The notes under the pieces were generated by a model, which saw nothing but the letters and a program-made list of their open reading frames with translations, was not told the origin of the DNA and searched no databases. Positions 22,458 to 34,923 of a DNA stretch of 64,000 nt are shown in pieces (positions within the stretch are counted from its first letter, which is position 1; each line of letters opens with the position of its first letter). The stretch spans positions 1 to 64,000 of the forward strand of contig CAVTHS010000008.1 in the NCBI GenBank assembly GCA_963734535.1. Reading direction: 5' to 3'. The DNA comes from an uncultured Chloroflexia bacterium (GTDB lineage: Bacteria; Chloroflexota; Limnocylindria; Limnocylindrales; CSP1-4). Made by a program: the position numbers and the translations under genes.

Positions 22458-23903
22458 TCAGGAGATCTTCGCCATCACGTGCTTGATGACCGAGTAGTCC
22501 TCCAGCGCGTACGCGGACTGGTCCTTGCCCCAGCCGGATTCCTTGAAGCCGCCGTGCGGCATCTCGGAGACCAGCGTGAAGTGCTCGTTGATCCAGACCG
22601 TCCCGAACTGGATCGCCTTCGCGACGCGAAATGCCCGCCCGAGGTCGTTCGTGAAGACCGACGCGGCAAGGCCGAACCGGACATCGTTGGCCCACTTGAT
22701 CGCCAGCGCCTCGTCCGTGAACCGCTGCACGGTCACGACCGGTCCGAAGACCTCGTCCTGGATGATCTCGCTCCGCTGGTCGGCGCCGGCGATGACGGTC
22801 GGCTCGTAGTAGTGGCCGGGCCGTTCGGGGGCGTGGCCGCCGACCACGACCTCCGCGCCGACGCGGGCGCGCTCGACCATCCCGGCGACCTTCTCGACCT
22901 GGCCCCGGGCAATGAGGGAGCCGAGGTCGTATTCGCCCTCGGCCGGGTCGCCGAACGTGATCTGCTTGACCTGGTCCGCCAGCGTCGCCACGAACTTCTC
23001 GTAGATCTGCGGCCCGGCCAGGATTCGCGTCGCCGCGGTGCAGTCCTGGCCGCCGTTCCAGTAGCCGAAGTAGCGGATCTGCTCCGCCACGTAGTCGAGG
23101 TCCGCGTCGTCGAAGACGATCACGGGGGCCTTGCCACCCAGCTCCAGGTGGAGCCGCTTCACGGTCTCCGACGCGAGCCGCGCGATCTTCTTGCCCGTGT
23201 CCGTGTCGCCCGTGACCGAGATCATCCCGATCCCGGGGTGGCGCACCATCTCGGTGCCGACCTCGTCGCCGGTCCCGGTGATGACGTTGAGGACGCCCGG
23301 CGGCAGGATCTCCGCCGCGATCTCGGCCAGCAGCAGCGCGGTCAGCGGCGTTCGCGCCGACGGCTTGAGGACGACGGTATTGCCCATGGCCAGCGCCGGG
23401 CCGACCTTCCAGCCGGCCATCATGATCGGGTAGTTCCAGGGCGCGATCGAGCCGACCACGCCGATCGGCTCGCGCCGGATCATCGAGAGGTGGCCGGCGA
23501 GGTACTCGTTGGCGGCCTTGCCCTCCATCGTCCGCGCCGCGCCGGCGAAGAAGCGCAGGTTGTCCACGACCACCGGGATCTCCTCGATCGCGGCCTGCGT
23601 CGGCTTGCCCGCGTTCCTCGATTCCAGCCGGCCGATCTCGTCGGCGCGCGCCTCGATCGCGTCCGCGAGCCGCAGGAGCATGAGGCTGCGGTCCTGGGGC
23701 GTCGTCTGCGACCACGACTCGAAGGCGGTCGCCGCCGCCTTCACGGCCCGGTCCACGTCCTCCGCGCCGCTCTTCGGGACGTTCGCGATCAGGCGGCCGT
23801 TCGCCGGGTTCTCAACGGCCAGCGTCTCACCGGACGCGGCATCCACCCAGGCGCCGCCGATGAACTGCTGCCGGGTCGTCACGTCTGTCAGCGTGTCGGT
23901 CAA
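22458..23903 (-). CDS. Aminobutyraldehyde/aminoaldehyde dehydrogenase (PatD/YdcW-like)
   Basis: APWNYP, LELGGKAP, GYWNGGQDCTAATR, EVFGPV, EMPHGGFKESG. Confidence 0.88.
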   Translation of the reverse strand: MTDTLTDVTTRQQFIGGAWVDAASGETLAVENPANGRLIANVPKSGAEDVDRAVKAAATAFESWSQTTPQDRSLMLLRLADAIEARADEIGRLESRNAGKPTQAAIEEIPVVVDNLRFFAGAARTMEGKAANEYLAGHLSMIRREPIGVVGSIAPWNYPIMMAGWKVGPALAMGNTVVLKPSARTPLTALLLAEIAAEILPPGVLNVITGTGDEVGTEMVRHPGIGMISVTGDTDTGKKIARLASETVKRLHLELGGKAPVIVFDDADLDYVAEQIRYFGYWNGGQDCTAATRILAGPQIYEKFVATLADQVKQITFGDPAEGEYDLGSLIARGQVEKVAGMVERARVGAEVVVGGHAPERPGHYYEPTVIAGADQRSEIIQDEVFGPVVTVQRFTDEALAIKWANDVRFGLAASVFTNDLGRAFRVAKAIQFGTVWINEHFTLVSEMPHGGFKESGWGKDQSAYALEDYSVIKHVMAKIS

Positions 23904-24069
23904 GGGAGGAGCCTCCTGGTGACGGCCGTCGGCGGCCTCGGTTCGAGCCTGTTGGCGAGATTGTGGCGGGCGATGCCCATCGACGCGACGAACGGCCCGG
24001 CACGCGCGACGGACGCGGCGGCCGGCGGCTCCCGGCTGGAGATCGAGGGCGGCGAGCGCAGGCTCTCCC

Positions 24070-25398
24070 CTACCCCGCCCGCAGCACCGGCTTCCCCGTC
24101 CGGGCGAGCTGCTCGACGAGGTCGGCGGCCCGGACCGTGCCGGGCACGGACGCGAGCCGCGCCGAGACGGAAGCCAGCCGCCTTGCCATCTCTCGGTCGG
24201 CAAGCAGCCGTGCGATCGTCCCGAGCAGCTCCGCGTCGGTGACCTCGTAGGTTGCGAGGCGCGCCCCGAAGCCCGTCTCGTGGACGCGCTGGGCGTTGTC
24301 GTACTGGTCCCAGAAGAGTGGGAGGACCACCATCGGGCGCCCGTGGCGGAAGCACTCGGTCACCGTGTTGTTGCCGCCGTGGGTGATGACCAGGTCGACC
24401 TGGGGCAGGATCGACGCCTGGGGCAGGAACTCGGCGCCGGCCATGTTCGGGCCCAGCGTGAGCAGCGCGTGCTGGGGGCCCATGCTCACGATGACGCGGT
24501 ACGGGGACCGCGCCAGGATGTCGATGAGGCGCTGCATGAGCGCCACGTCCGCCGACCCCAGGCTGCCCAGCGAGAGGTACAGCAGCTGCCCGGACCCAGC
24601 CGCGAGCTCGGCCGGCAGCTCGTACGGGCTGTCGGTCGCCCGGACCGCCGAGTCCAGCCGGTGCCAGGTGGGTCCGGGCTGACCCTGGCGCGGGTAGTCG
24701 GCCTCCGCCGGGTAGAGCCAGAGGTTGAGCCACGGCGACTCGTGGATGAACTCGAGGTCGTCCAGCGGCGGCGCGCCGGCATCCATCGCGAACTGGTTGA
24801 ACGATGCCCACATCGCGCCGTGCGTCCGCTGGTATTCGGCCCGGAACTCGTCCCAGCCGGAACGGTCCGCGGTCGGATAGCCGGAGAACGCCGGCGGCAC
24901 CGCCGGGTCCTTCAGCTCCGCGGGGTTGCAGCTCATGATCCGTACCCAGGGAGCACCGTGGGTGACCACCGCCGGGAAGCCGACGACGTTGTCCTCGACG
25001 ATCACGTCCGGCCCGACCTCGGCGAAGATCTCGCGCAGCCGCGGCTCCACGTACCAGGCGCCGTCGACGAGCGCCTGCCAGGTCGGCGCGATGAACGTCT
25101 CGAGCTGGCTGATCGTCGGCTTCCGGAACTCGGGCGCCGTGTCGCGGATGAAGTCCTTCCAGAACTGGCCGGGCGCCTCCGGCTCCGCGGGCGGCGGCCC
25201 CAGGCGCATCAGGCGCTCCTCGAAGCCATGCACGGCGAGCCTGCCGGCGAACGACTCCTCCACGACGAAGACGACGCGATGGCCGCGGCGGCGCAGGACG
25301 TCGCCGATCCCGACGCAGTTGTTGGTCGGGCCGTACGCACCCTCGGGGAAGAAGACGATGGTCCTCGGTGCGCCTTCCGTTCGGCCCCTGCCCGCCAA
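24070..25398 (-). CDS. GT1 (UGT/MGT-like) glycosyltransferase
   Basis: YLSLGS, FLPQASIL, ITHGGNNT, LPLFWDQYDNA; TTG start with AGGAG RBS. Confidence 0.88.
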   Translation of the reverse strand: MAGRGRTEGAPRTIVFFPEGAYGPTNNCVGIGDVLRRRGHRVVFVVEESFAGRLAVHGFEERLMRLGPPPAEPEAPGQFWKDFIRDTAPEFRKPTISQLETFIAPTWQALVDGAWYVEPRLREIFAEVGPDVIVEDNVVGFPAVVTHGAPWVRIMSCNPAELKDPAVPPAFSGYPTADRSGWDEFRAEYQRTHGAMWASFNQFAMDAGAPPLDDLEFIHESPWLNLWLYPAEADYPRQGQPGPTWHRLDSAVRATDSPYELPAELAAGSGQLLYLSLGSLGSADVALMQRLIDILARSPYRVIVSMGPQHALLTLGPNMAGAEFLPQASILPQVDLVITHGGNNTVTECFRHGRPMVVLPLFWDQYDNAQRVHETGFGARLATYEVTDAELLGTIARLLADREMARRLASVSARLASVPGTVRAADLVEQLARTGKPVLRAG

Positions 25399-25508
25399 CG
25401 CTCTTCTCCTGCTCCTCGGGTTCGGCTCCGGCCGCGATTGGCGCGATGGTACGTGCCGGGGGCGCCCGCCACGGCGAGCGTTCCGGCCGCAGGTCGTAGA
25501 CTTGCCGC

Positions 25509-25540
25509 CACTACGCAGCGTGATCCGGCACTACGCAGCG
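25509..25540. promoter_or_regulatory. Direct repeat in divergent promoter region (candidate transcription-factor site)
   Basis: cactacgcagcg at 25509-25520 and 25529-25540, a 20-bp period. Confidence 0.4.
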
Positions 25541-25562
25541 GGACCCGGGAGGGCTGACGACC

Positions 25563-25967
25563 GTGGCCAACCAGTTCGTGATCCAGCTCCCGAATCGGCC
25601 GGGAGCGCTCGCCGACCTGTCCGAGATCCTCGCGGCGCGGGGCGTGGACCTGCGCGCGATCGGCGGCGGCGGCATCGGCGATAGCGGCCACCTGATCTTC
25701 AAGACCTCCGACGACGTCGCGACGCGCGCCGTGCTCCAGGAGGGCGCCTACGAGTTCATCGAGGGCGAGTCGCTCCTGGTCGAGGTCGACGACCAGCCCG
25801 GCGGCATGGCCCGGGTCGCCCGGCGGCTCGCGGACGCCGGCGTCAACATCTACGGCCACCTGTTCATCGGCCGGTGGGGCGACCAGGCCCAGTTCAGCTT
25901 CGTGGTCGACGACATCGACGCCGCCCGGGCTGCGCTCGACGGCCTCAGCTCCATCCACGCGGGCTGA
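25563..25967 (+). CDS. Tandem ACT-domain protein
   Basis: PNRPGALADL..ILAARGVDL and DDQPGGMARV...LADAGVNI. Confidence 0.85.
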   Translation: MANQFVIQLPNRPGALADLSEILAARGVDLRAIGGGGIGDSGHLIFKTSDDVATRAVLQEGAYEFIEGESLLVEVDDQPGGMARVARRLADAGVNIYGHLFIGRWGDQAQFSFVVDDIDAARAALDGLSSIHAG

Positions 25968-26054
25968 GCGGGCCCGCCCTCGTCGAGGCCGGCCTTCCGC
26001 GATGGACAGGGATACCCCCGCCCGACAGGCCGCGTTCCGCCCGCGGCCCACGCG

Positions 26055-26952
26055 GTGAAACCCTGGCGCGAGATCGCCGATCGCGTCTTCATCCGCCGAT
26101 TCGCCTTCTTCGACCAGACGATCGGCGCGATCGTCGGCCGCGACCGGGTCCTGGTCATCGACACGCGCTCCACGCTCGTGCAGGCCCGGGAGCTGCTCGA
26201 CGACCTGCGCCACGTGAGCGCGCTGCCCCACGTCGTGCTCAACACCCACGCCCACTTCGACCACGTCCTGGGGAACGCGGCGTTCCGGCCCTGCGAGATC
26301 TGGGGCGAGGACGGGTGCGCGCGGTTCATGCGCGAGCGTGGGCTCGAGCGGCGGGCCGGGATGGCGGCCGAGATGCCCGCAGATGGCCGCCGACCTCCTC
26401 GCCTCGCCGGTCGATCCGCCCGACCGGACATTCGTCCAGCGAGGCTACCCTGGACCTCGGCGGACGCCGCGTGGACCTCCGGTTCCTGGGCCGCGGGCAC
26501 ACGGACCATGACGTCGTCGCGCTCGTCCCCGACGCGGAGCGTCGTCTTCGCGGGCGATCTCGTCGAGGAGGGCGCGCCGCCATCGTTCGGCGACGCGTTC
26601 CCGCTCGACTGGCCGGCGACCCTGGGCCAGCTGCTCGATGCCTCCGGCGAGGGCCAGGTCGTGCCCGGTCACGGCGAGGTCGTCGACCGGGACTTCGTGG
26701 CGGCGCAGCTCGCCGACATCGCGTTCCTCGCCGAGATGGCCCGCCGCCAGTGGCCGGACCTGCGCGCGGCCGGCCACGATCCCGCCGGGCCTGCGCCCGA
26801 GTTCATGGTGGCCGATGTCGCACGCCACCTGGGTTGGCCCGCTCGAGCCGGTCCGCGAGGGTCTCGCGCGCGCCATCGCCCAGGCCGCCGGCAGGCTGGG
26901 GGTACCACCGGTCCCCGGACCCCCGGGCTATGGCGGCGCGGCCCCGATCTGA
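26055..26952 (+). CDS. MBL-fold metallo-hydrolase (several frameshifts)
   Basis: VIDT, THAHFDHVLGN, GHTDHD (other frame), FAGDLVEE, VPGHG. Confidence 0.8.
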
Positions 26953-27041
26953 CGCACGATTCGGGAATGCCCCACCGTCCGTTGCGCCCGCTCGCCCACT
27001 CGCGGCGGGCTCAAGCTCCTGCGTTCGCGATCGCCTGATCC

Positions 27042-27560
27042 GTGGCAATCGAAGTCCTGCCGGCCTGCCTCCAGTGCGGATCCGTCGCTGCCCGCCCCGG
27101 GATCACCTTCTGTCGCCGGTGTGGGCTGCCGTTCGGTGACGCTCCGCGCCTCGACGCGGAGCTGCCGACCTGCCCGATCTGCTATCGAGACGCCGACCCC
27201 GACGGGCTCCTGCCATCCCCGCGTTCGCCGTCCATCCGCGTCTCCCTCGCCGTCCACCGGCGCGAGCACGACCATGCGCCGGTCGGCGACGACGAGTGGC
27301 TGGAGTCGCTTCGCGAGGGCGACCGAGTCCGGATCGGCCGGTGGCGCGCGCCGTTCGACGTGGTCCGGCACTACCTGGTCACCGGGATCGTCGACGGGGG
27401 CCGCCTTCGCCAGGCCCGCCACGACGCCATCGTTTCCGCGATGACCCAGATCGCGCGCTGGGGCACCAACGCACAGATCTTCGGCGACCAGCCCGAATGG
27501 GCGGAGGCCCGGGTCGCGGTCGCGGCCCTGATGGAGCGCTACCACCGGGGTCGGACCTAG
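27042..27560 (+). CDS. Hypothetical zinc-binding protein
   Basis: CLQC...CRRC zinc ribbon followed by a C2H2-like CPIC...HRREH motif. Confidence 0.65.
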   Translation: MAIEVLPACLQCGSVAARPGITFCRRCGLPFGDAPRLDAELPTCPICYRDADPDGLLPSPRSPSIRVSLAVHRREHDHAPVGDDEWLESLREGDRVRIGRWRAPFDVVRHYLVTGIVDGGRLRQARHDAIVSAMTQIARWGTNAQIFGDQPEWAEARVAVAALMERYHRGRT

Positions 27561-27652
27561 CGCCGCGATCGCGGGCAAGCGCCCTCGTCGCCGCTCTCGG
27601 GCACGCCGCCCCCGCGGCCGCTCGCGAGTGGCCCCACGGTAAGATGCTCCTC

Positions 27653-29347
<1,695 letters not shown>

Positions 29348-29437
29348 CCGAGCGCTCGTGGGGGAGCGACCGGCCCTGACTGGGGTACAATCCGCCTCGC
29401 GCCGTCGCGACCGTTGGGGACGTGATCGGCCGGTCGC

Positions 29438-29512
29438 TGGCGAGTGGCCTAACGGTAAGGCACCTGACTCTGGATCAGGGGATTGAAGGTTCGAATCCTT
29501 CCTCGCCAGCCA
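29438..29512 (+). tRNA. tRNA-Gln (anticodon CTG)
   Basis: Acceptor stem TGGCGAG/CTCGCCA, anticodon arm CCTGA-CTCTGGA-TCAGG, T-loop TTCGAAT, encoded CCA; TACAAT -10 box at 29386. Confidence 0.97.
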
Positions 29513-29637
29513 AACCCCTCTCACAAACGGCCGTTTCGCGGCGCCCTGCGGCAGGTCGCGGCAGGTCGCGGCGGGGTCCGTGGATGCCGTGGTGGATGCT
29601 GTCGCACGGCCACTGGTTCCGGTCAACGAAGGCTCCG

Positions 29638-29808
29638 ATGTCTGACTCGACGATGCTTACCATCACCCGCCGGTGCGTCTACTGCGGCCATGCCGTCTCC
29701 CGACGGCGTCGGCGCTTCTGCGACAAGTGCGGTCTGCCTTTCAGGGGAGATCACCGCCGGTTCTGGCAGAAGCTCAAGGACGTCGGGGAACTCCCACGCG
29801 TCCATTGA
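29638..29808 (+). CDS. Small zinc-ribbon protein
   Basis: CVYC...FCDKCGLPF; 56 aa. Confidence 0.5.
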   Translation: MSDSTMLTITRRCVYCGHAVSRRRRRFCDKCGLPFRGDHRRFWQKLKDVGELPRVH

Positions 29809-30015
29809 GACATCGGCCCGGAACCCGAGGTCGGCAAGAAGGACCAGCCACGTCGCTCGCGGAAAGACCCCTTCGATGTGCCGGTCGTCGAGCACCCGCG
29901 TCGACCCGTCCGCATCGCGGAGAAGGTACGCGTAGTCGGTCACGACCGTCGTGTCCAGCGGGTTGGGATCGTAGGTCCACTTGAGGTAGCGGAGCGCCCG
30001 CCCGTCGTGGCCACC
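29780..30015 (-). pseudogene. C-terminal fragment of a class I SAM-dependent methyltransferase
   Basis: GGHDGRALRYLKWTYDPNP.DTT..TDYAYLLR..DG...DRHIEGVF...W..LL..LGF recalls a common methyltransferase C-terminus; no SAM-binding N-terminus upstream. Confidence 0.55.
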
Positions 30016-30215
30016 ATTGCCTGACGTGCATTTTCTCGGACCTGAACTGCGATCAGCGGCCCGCACCCGCGCACGCGCATGGCGATCATGTCTGCGAGGA
30101 GGAGGGCGAGCCGTCGAGCACTCCGCTCTGACACGATTTAGCAACCTGCCTCAGGGTGCTGCAATCGCGGCCATGCCACTACCCGGGCTAGTGTGGAGGC
30201 TCAAGGAGGACCATC

Positions 30216-30671
30216 ATGCCCAAGCTCGACAGCAGGCTCCAGCCGCTTGAGAAGCTGATCGGAACGTGGAAGCTGACCGGACGGACGCTCAACGCGGAGG
30301 CGGACGATGTCTTTGGCGAGACCACGGTCCAGGCGATCCTCGACGGCGCCTACCTCGAGATGCGGGGTCACCAGAGCTTCACCAACGCGCAGCCCGAGTT
30401 CCCGAGTCTCGAGATCATCCACTACGATCCGAAGTCGAAGACGTACCCGTCGGAGGCGTATGCAAACATGACCGGCGGGGCCGGTGGCGCGCCCGTGCCG
30501 TACGAATGGATCGTCGAGGACGACGGGACGATCGTCCATCGCGGCGCCGGCGCGACGTACCGCGGCCGGTTCAGTGTGGACGGCGAGGAACTCAAGGGAG
30601 GCTGGCGTCCGGACAACGGCGGTGACGGCCGCGATGAGGCCGCCTACAACGTGACGATGAAGCGGGTCTGA
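30216..30671 (+). CDS. DUF1579-like protein
   Basis: AAGGAGG RBS; LEKLIGTWKLTG, IIHYDP, GRFSVDG..L.GGW. Confidence 0.65.
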   Translation: MPKLDSRLQPLEKLIGTWKLTGRTLNAEADDVFGETTVQAILDGAYLEMRGHQSFTNAQPEFPSLEIIHYDPKSKTYPSEAYANMTGGAGGAPVPYEWIVEDDGTIVHRGAGATYRGRFSVDGEELKGGWRPDNGGDGRDEAAYNVTMKRV

Positions 30672-30890
30672 CGTACCGGCTCACCTCGCGCTCGGTGCAC
30701 TCGGTGAGATGAACCCACGCCCGATGCACGAGCGCCCGCGGCAACGCGCTGCTCGGCTCGGCCTCCGCAATTGCTGCGGGTCGGCAGAACTGCACACAAG
30801 CGGCGTAGGTCGCGAGGCGGGATGTCATCCGCATGTGCGGAAGGCACGGAGGATCAACGCGGCAGGCGTGAATGACAGAGGGGAGCCCGG

Positions 30891-31487
30891 ATGGCCAAGA
30901 TCATCGCGGCAATCACGATGTCAGTGGACGGCTACATCACCGGCCCGGACGACGGACCGGACAAGGGACTCGGCGAAGGCGGCGAGCGACTGCACTACTG
31001 GGTATTCGGCGGACCGTGGAGTTACGAGAACGAGCCGCAGGGCGAGCCGGAAGGCGAGGACGCCGCGTACCTGAACGAGATGACGGCGCGGGTCGGCGCG
31101 GTCGTCGTCGGCCGCACCATGTACGAGGCCGCGGGGCACTGGGGCGACAAGAACCCGTTCGGCGTGCCCGTCTTCGTCGTCACACATCGGGCGGAAGATC
31201 AGCCCGATACGGGCGAGTTCAGCTTCGTCGGACGCTTTGATGAGGCCGTCAGCCGAGCGAAGGAAGCTGCCGGCGACAAGGACGTGAGCATCGGTGGCGG
31301 CGCCGACGTGATCCGACAAGGGCTCGACGCCGGCATCGTCGACGAGCTGGACATCATCGTCGCGCCGGTCGTCCTCGGGGGCGGCAAGCACCTCTTCGAG
31401 GACTTCACGAAGTCCCTCGATCTGGAGAACAAGGGCGTGCGGCAGTCCCGGTACGCGACATTCATCGAGTACACGGTGAAGCGGTAG
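30891..31487 (+). CDS. Dihydrofolate reductase/RibD C-terminal family protein
   Basis: MSVDGYITGP, GRTMYE, GGADVIRQ.L.AG.VDEL, PVVLGGGK. Confidence 0.88.
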   Translation: MAKIIAAITMSVDGYITGPDDGPDKGLGEGGERLHYWVFGGPWSYENEPQGEPEGEDAAYLNEMTARVGAVVVGRTMYEAAGHWGDKNPFGVPVFVVTHRAEDQPDTGEFSFVGRFDEAVSRAKEAAGDKDVSIGGGADVIRQGLDAGIVDELDIIVAPVVLGGGKHLFEDFTKSLDLENKGVRQSRYATFIEYTVKR

Positions 31488-31501
31488 GCCCCGGACGGAG
31501 G

Positions 31502-31759
31502 GTGGCAACGGACCTGGAGACCTACGAGGACACAGGCGTGGCGCTGCAAGTGGAGGCGATCAACCCGGTCCGCCTCGGCATGTTCCCGCCCAACCTCCTG
31601 TTCATCGTCGCCCGCTGGGAAGTGACCTGCGGGTTCTGCAGGACCCGGTTCAGGCGCACCGTTCTGGACCTCATGGTCGGATCGAAGATGAGTTGGGTGG
31701 GCTGTCCGGCATGCGGAGCGCATAACCTCCTGCCCCATCACCCCGACGTCCGCGTCTGA
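31502..31759 (+). CDS. Small zinc-ribbon hypothetical protein
   Basis: GGAGGG RBS; CGFC...CPAC. Confidence 0.55.
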   Translation: MATDLETYEDTGVALQVEAINPVRLGMFPPNLLFIVARWEVTCGFCRTRFRRTVLDLMVGSKMSWVGCPACGAHNLLPHHPDVRV

Positions 31760-31776
31760 TGGTCGCCTGAGCGTCG

Positions 31777-33179
31777 ATGCACGACCCAACAACCCCCGAA
31801 CGTGAACGGGTCACCGACGACATGCGAGGCCGCAGGACAGTCGGACTCGTCCTTGTCCTGATTGTCGTGTTCATCGGGATCGCCCTCGCCAAGCCGTGGG
31901 GAAGTCCGGTCGAGCCAGCCTCCCTACCTCCGGCATCTCTGGGAACTGGTGGGGTGACCGTCTCGCCCTCTCCCGCCTCGACCGGGACGCCGGTTCCGAC
32001 CCCGGCGACTCCGACGCCCGCAAGGCCATCCGTTGACACCCTCGTCACCGCCGTCCCGCCGCCCGACACGGCGACGTGGAACGCGATTCGCTGGGGACTC
32101 CTCCAGCCCGACGACCCGCTGCGTCTCGTACGGTCGGTGCTGCGCTGGCGGGGCGGGTACATCGCAGTCGGCTCGGTTGCCTCCGCCGGGGCTGCCAGCA
32201 CCCCGGTGTGGACCTCGCCTGACGGCGGCACGTGGATGCCACTGCCCTTCAACACGGCGACTACGTTCTCGCCGGGCCTCCTCGTCGTCGGGACCGCCGA
32301 GGTTCCGACCGGCCTCGTCGCCCTCACCCTGCTCGATGGCTCGTACCAATGTGGTTCCGCATGCCCGACCTACAGTGCCGCGTTGCCGCTCATGGCGTGG
32401 ACCTCGCCCGACGGTCGGTCGTGGACGTCCAACACGGGTCCAGACTTCGGCCAGCCTGCCACGTGGCTCGGGCCTCCGCTGATCGCTGCTGGACCAGCAG
32501 GGCTGGTCGTCGCCTCTCCGGAGAGGCAGACCCGTCTGGCGACATCGCTTGACGGCATCCACTGGCGGACTCTGCCCGCTTCCGCGCTCCCGGCTGGGAT
32601 CACGCTCAGGGCCATCGTCGGCACGGCGACCGGGTACACCGCCGTGGGCTACCTGCCGGTGGACGCCGAGCACCTCCGCGCCATCGCCGTACGGTCGGTC
32701 AACGGCACCACGTGGACCGGGCCCTACTCGCTCGACATGGCAACGGCCTCCGGGATCACGCTTGCGAGCACCGGCCCGAGTTGGGCAGCGACCGGGCTCG
32801 CGGCGGCCCGAGACGGGCTGATCGCGACGGGCACAATCATCGCGACCCCGGGCCAGGCGTTGTGGTGGCAGTCGGCCAACGGTCGCGACTGGCTTTCTCT
32901 CCCAACCTACGCGCCGCTCGGGCCGACTACCTGCACGGGTGAAGGCTGCGGCAACCAGCCGAACGGGGCGCTTGTCGGCGATGGCCATCGGCATGCTCGC
33001 CGCTGCGGGGCGGCGCCGATGCGGGTGCATGGACCTCGTCCGACGGACTGGCGTGGCAGCGACTCGCCATCACCGGCGACATCCCGGGCGAACAGGCGAC
33101 GCAGGCGGTCCTGCTGCCGGGTGGGGTGCTGCTCTCGGATGGGACGACCACGTGGTACGGGGAGGCGCAGGTCCGTTAG
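31777..33179 (+). CDS. Membrane-anchored extracellular protein with Asp-box (WxSxDG) repeats, probably a beta-propeller (frameshift near 32990)
   Basis: N-terminal TM helix, P/T linker, repeats WTSPDGGTW, WTSPDGRSW, TSLDGIHW, SVNGTTW, SANGRDW, WTSSDGLAW. Confidence 0.7.
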
Positions 33180-33510
33180 CGCGGCCAGAGCCACGCAGCG
33201 ACGAGGGCCGTCACCCCGAGCGCACCGAGCATGACGACCCAGCCAGCCGCTGCGACGAGCAGGATGTTGTCCACCTGACGTTCAACTTCGCGGAGCGAGC
33301 GTCCGGCGAGGACCGTGCCGCCGTGCCACGGGACGGTGACGGATGCGATGCGGACGCCCGCCCGGGGTTCCCATGTCACCGCGTTCGGGTGGTCCTGCCG
33401 GGCGGCATCGAGGACACCTTTCGGCGGGACCGGGTCGTGGCCGTCGAGTTCGCCATCGGTCGCGAGGACGTGTCCGGCCGAGTCGAAGATCACGATGAAG
33501 GGAGCGAGAT
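33176..33510 (-). pseudogene. 5'-truncated conserved membrane protein fragment
   Basis: LAPFIVIFD...VTWEP..GVRIASV...GGTVLAGRSLREVE plus a C-terminal TM; no plausible N-terminal part upstream. Confidence 0.5.
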
Positions 33511-33653
33511 GCCATCCTCAAGGTCGACCATTCGCCCGAGCGTACTCCCATCCCTCGCGTCGGTTCACGGACTCAGCGGCCCCTCACGGCGTCCCGGCGG
33601 ATCGTCGCCCGGCAGCGCCCAGATGAATGGCCAATGCCGATCCGGTCCAGGCC

Positions 33654-33681
33654 TTGACACCGACCGCTCCCGGTATAGGCT
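33654..33681 (+). promoter_or_regulatory. Sigma70-type promoter
   Basis: TTGACA-N16-TAGGCT upstream of the GYD gene. Confidence 0.55.
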
Positions 33682-33737
33682 CGGGCGATCCGCGGCCCGA
33701 GCGTTCCTATCGGATGCCCCGCGGCCGGAGGTTGGCC

Positions 33738-34058
33738 ATGCCCAAGTACCTGTTCACGGGCACCTATAGCGCGGAGGGTGCCCGCGGTCTCATCCTGGAG
33801 GGCGGCAGCGGACGGCGGGAGGCGACCGAGAAACTGGTGACCTCCCTCGGCGGGACGCTCGAGGCGTACTACTTCGCCTTCGGGAGCGACGACTTCTACC
33901 TCATCGCCGACCTGCCGAGCAACGAGGCAGCCGCCGCCGGGTCCCTCTCCGCCGCGGCGACGGGCGCCATCGCAACGCGGACGGTCGTGCTCATGACGCC
34001 TGAGGAGGTCGATGCCGCGACCAAGCTGACCGCCACCTACCGGCCCCCAGGAGGCTGA
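33738..34058 (+). CDS. GYD-domain protein
   Basis: GGAGG RBS; MPKYLF..TYSAEG..GL..EGGSGR, YFAFGSDD, LMTPEEVD, YRPPG. Confidence 0.85.
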   Translation: MPKYLFTGTYSAEGARGLILEGGSGRREATEKLVTSLGGTLEAYYFAFGSDDFYLIADLPSNEAAAAGSLSAAATGAIATRTVVLMTPEEVDAATKLTATYRPPGG

Positions 34059-34635
34059 TCACCAACTCGACTGGCGGCTGATCGGCTAGCTGCGTTGACC
34101 GGACAGCCCGCGAGTCTCCGGGCGTGGTCCCGTCAGCGCGGAAGGTGGGGTGGTGGTGCGTGAGGCAGTTGCGCACGTGCGCCCTGCGGCGGGTCGCGGC
34201 GGCCCTGGCAGGGTCGGTGGATGCCACCTGGGCGCGGAGACATGTGTGATGAAGACGCGCGACACGCAGGTTGCCCTCGGCCTGGTGCTCGGCGTCCATC
34301 CCGGCGCCCCGTCACGAACCAGGTGTCGGCGTTGGCTGCGACTTCGGCGAACCCGACCCACTCAGCCAGTTCCTGGCGAACAACCCCGGGCGATCCCGCG
34401 CGTGATGGAAGTGTGTGACCGAGATGGGAGGAGGCGTCCGAGCGGGATCGCATGAGGGTCTCTTGATCACGTGGTGCCGCACAATCGACGCGGCCACTGA
34501 TCCTGTCATGCAGGGAGCATTGCTCGGCGGGTGACCCGCCGTCCAGCAGCTCCGGTGACATGCTGCCCACCGACCAATGATCATCTCGTCCGGCTGCCCG
34601 CGGCGACGGGGCCCTTCCGGAGTATCGTGGGGTTC

Positions 34636-34917
34636 ATGAAGGGTGACCGAGTCGAAGCCATGGTCGACACCGGGCAGGGAGTTCAGACGTTCGAGATCAT
34701 TGCCACGCGGGCCGGTCGTCGGATCGAGGTCGTGACGTCCCGCGGGGTCGTCGAGGTGCGCGAGGTGACGCGGACCGGTGTGCCGGTGCGCACCGGCCGC
34801 TTCATGACCAGCCGTTTGATCGCACTCGTGGAACATCCCGCGATCGACGAGCGTGGCCGCGTCGAGGTGACGACGCGGCATCGTCTCCAGGCGCGCGAAC
34901 GCGCGCAGGGCGCGTGA
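34636..34917 (+). CDS. Small hypothetical protein (beta-rich)
   Basis: 93-aa ORF with natural composition; TATCGT -10-like box 7 nt before the ATG, consistent with a leaderless gene. Confidence 0.55.
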   Translation: MKGDRVEAMVDTGQGVQTFEIIATRAGRRIEVVTSRGVVEVREVTRTGVPVRTGRFMTSRLIALVEHPAIDERGRVEVTTRHRLQARERAQGA

Positions 34918-34923
34918 GGTTCC

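Noticed and set aside
29547-29575. gcggcaggtc 10-bp tandem duplication after the tRNA
   Set aside because: It has only two full copies and no evident function
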